From: Bugula neritina
Taxonomy: Eukaryota; Animalia; Bryozoa
DNA: 64,000 nucleotides
NCBI GenBank assembly: GCA_964035545.1
Contig: OZ037770.1
Span: 7,632,973 to 7,696,972, forward strand
Reading direction: 5' to 3'
Part shown: positions 62,442 through 64,000 of the stretch, in pieces
Layout of the letters: each line of letters opens with the position of its first letter
Numbering within the stretch: position 1 is the first letter of the stretch
Translations under genes and position numbers: made by a program
The notes under the pieces: generated by a model
The model's database searches: none
What the model saw: the letters and a program-made list of their open reading frames with translations, nothing else
What the model was told of the DNA's origin: nothing

Positions 62442-63590
62442 TATTTAGAATAAATCAAAAAGAAACTGCTCAGACAATGTCAAAGTCAAGCTGCTCAAAG
62501 AATGTCAAAAAGAAACTGCTCGAAGAAGGTCAAAGATAAACTGCTCAAAGAAGGTCAAAGTGAAACTACACAATTACCCATGATAAGTGTTTTCCAGGTG
62601 TAAGTGCAGGCAAGGAAGTAGGGTATGCAGACTCAAATGAAGCAATGAAAGAGCTGGAGGAAGAACTGGCCAACCTCATGAGCAAACACGAAAAGAAATT
62701 TACTGAGAAAGTGAGTTGAAACATCGCAACCTTGTATAAAATATTTATATATAAGATATATTTGAAAATATTTACATAAGCTTAATATTATAAATAGTGT
62801 TTTTGTTTCTAGAATACTTCTGTGCTGTGTGTTTGCATATAAAATAACTACTATTTTCTAAGCAAATATCATGAGAGGCATATAGGCCTAGCTATGTCGC
62901 AGTGGGTCTGGCTTTCTATGCATTTTTGGAAGGATTAGATTTATCACAGCAGAAGGCTTTACTTAACAATTAGATGTATAAATAATGTTCAAACCATTTA
63001 GCAAACATCTGATGGGCTCTATCCTCTTATCCTCATGCTAAAGCACAGTTATGTGGCACTTTACATTGTAATATGTAAATATGCTGTATCATCTACTTTT
63101 CATTATGATCTACAGAAGCTGTGTATTAAAAATACTTTTAAACTATTCTGCCTCATTTTAGAGCATTCTGTAACTTAATTCAACCAATATTGGTTTCAAC
63201 ATCATTTGATTTCACATTCAACAAGCTAGGAAACAAATATTGAATAACTAGAATATTTTTTAAAGCAGTGAAACTGAGAAATAATTAGTAATGAATGCTT
63301 TTAAAAACTTTAGTGTTCGCTTAGATATTCATGAGTATCAGTAGGAGTTGCATGTTTTACTAAATTCTAATGTTACATGAACAGTTTCTGCTGCTTGTTT
63401 TACAGTGAATTTAAAATATTCTGCATTATACTGTTTTAGGAAAAATCAAGTTCAAAAGAAGATTTTAAACAATTCAATCTTTTAAAAGTGGTAAAAGGCT
63501 TGGATCATCCTCTTTGTGCAAAATGCTCTGGTGAAAAAGATCTTAGAAGACTTCCTAAATGTAACCATCTACTCTGTGGAGAATGCATTG
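61372..63590 (+). CDS. Multi-exon gene with two RING-HC (C3HC4) fingers separated by a short coiled coil; 3' end not resolved in the window
   Basis: Exons 61372-61522 (LCIECFEEGELCQLPSCLHSMCSSCI), ~61906-62034 (FCCPECRR), 62598-62710 (EAMKELEEELANLMSKHEKK) and 63441-63590 (LCAKCSGEKDLRRLPKCNHLLCGECI) join in frame via GT-AG introns. Confidence 0.75.
62391..62570. repeat. (GA)n microsatellite followed by a ~25-bp x5 repeat ending near an acceptor
   Basis: (GA)n at 62391-62439; GTCAAARNNAAACTGCTCAAAGAAK-type units at ~62455-62570; acceptor at 62597. Confidence 0.85.
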
Positions 63591-64000
63591 GTAAACGGCT
63601 TTTATTGCAAACCGTAATGTAGTAACACATTACTTACTTATAAGTAAAAATTGTGAGTTTTTTAAAAGCAACCTATAAATAAATATATCCTTACAAACTA
63701 GAATGCAGCAAGGTGCCTCTGGCCTATATTGAAATGTTTTATTAGATGCTGGAAATAAACAAAATTTTAAAAGATTAAGAGGTGTTTAATGTTTCTTCAT
63801 GTACATTTCAGACTTTCAGTCTGGATGCAATTTTAAAAATACATCAGAAAGTCCTTTTAAGTCTAAGTTTTCATTTATTTGAAACATTTGTGAATTCCAC
63901 CATTTTTGCATGCTGGAGCAGCCCAATACTAACTTTTCACTTCTTGTGTTACAGAAACAATATTTCTGTTCACATCATCATACCTATTTGTATCGTAGAA

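Overview
This is AT-rich, intron-rich animal (probably invertebrate) nuclear DNA; the species cannot be determined from the sequence. There are three + strand host genes. (1) A ~35-exon NWD1/NWD2-family STAND NTPase (DUF4062-like N-terminus, NACHT, divergent WD40; ~12321-43219). (2) An ABCD4-like ABC half-transporter (~49733-60144). (3) The 5' part of a gene with two RING-HC fingers (from ~61372). Transposons are abundant. A near-complete young Ty3/Gypsy LTR element (13912-20705; ATAT TSD, tRNA-Leu PBS, U_UUA_AAC -1 frameshift signal) sits 27 nt upstream of an NWD splice acceptor. There are also a decayed CR1/L2-like LINE with a PHD-type ORF1, several Mag-type Gypsy relics and solo LTRs, two copies of a tRNA-derived SINE, and MITEs. 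The most unusual patterns are: (a) about a dozen mutually unrelated minisatellites anchored at intron edges, one of them built from six copies of a real AG|GT splice junction; (b) two diverged copies of an LTR-element-associated ORF encoding a C2H2 zinc finger plus coiled coil; (c) long inverted repeats ~25-30 nt upstream of the TATA-like box in unrelated LTRs. All exon boundaries and homologies were read by eye and need computational confirmation.
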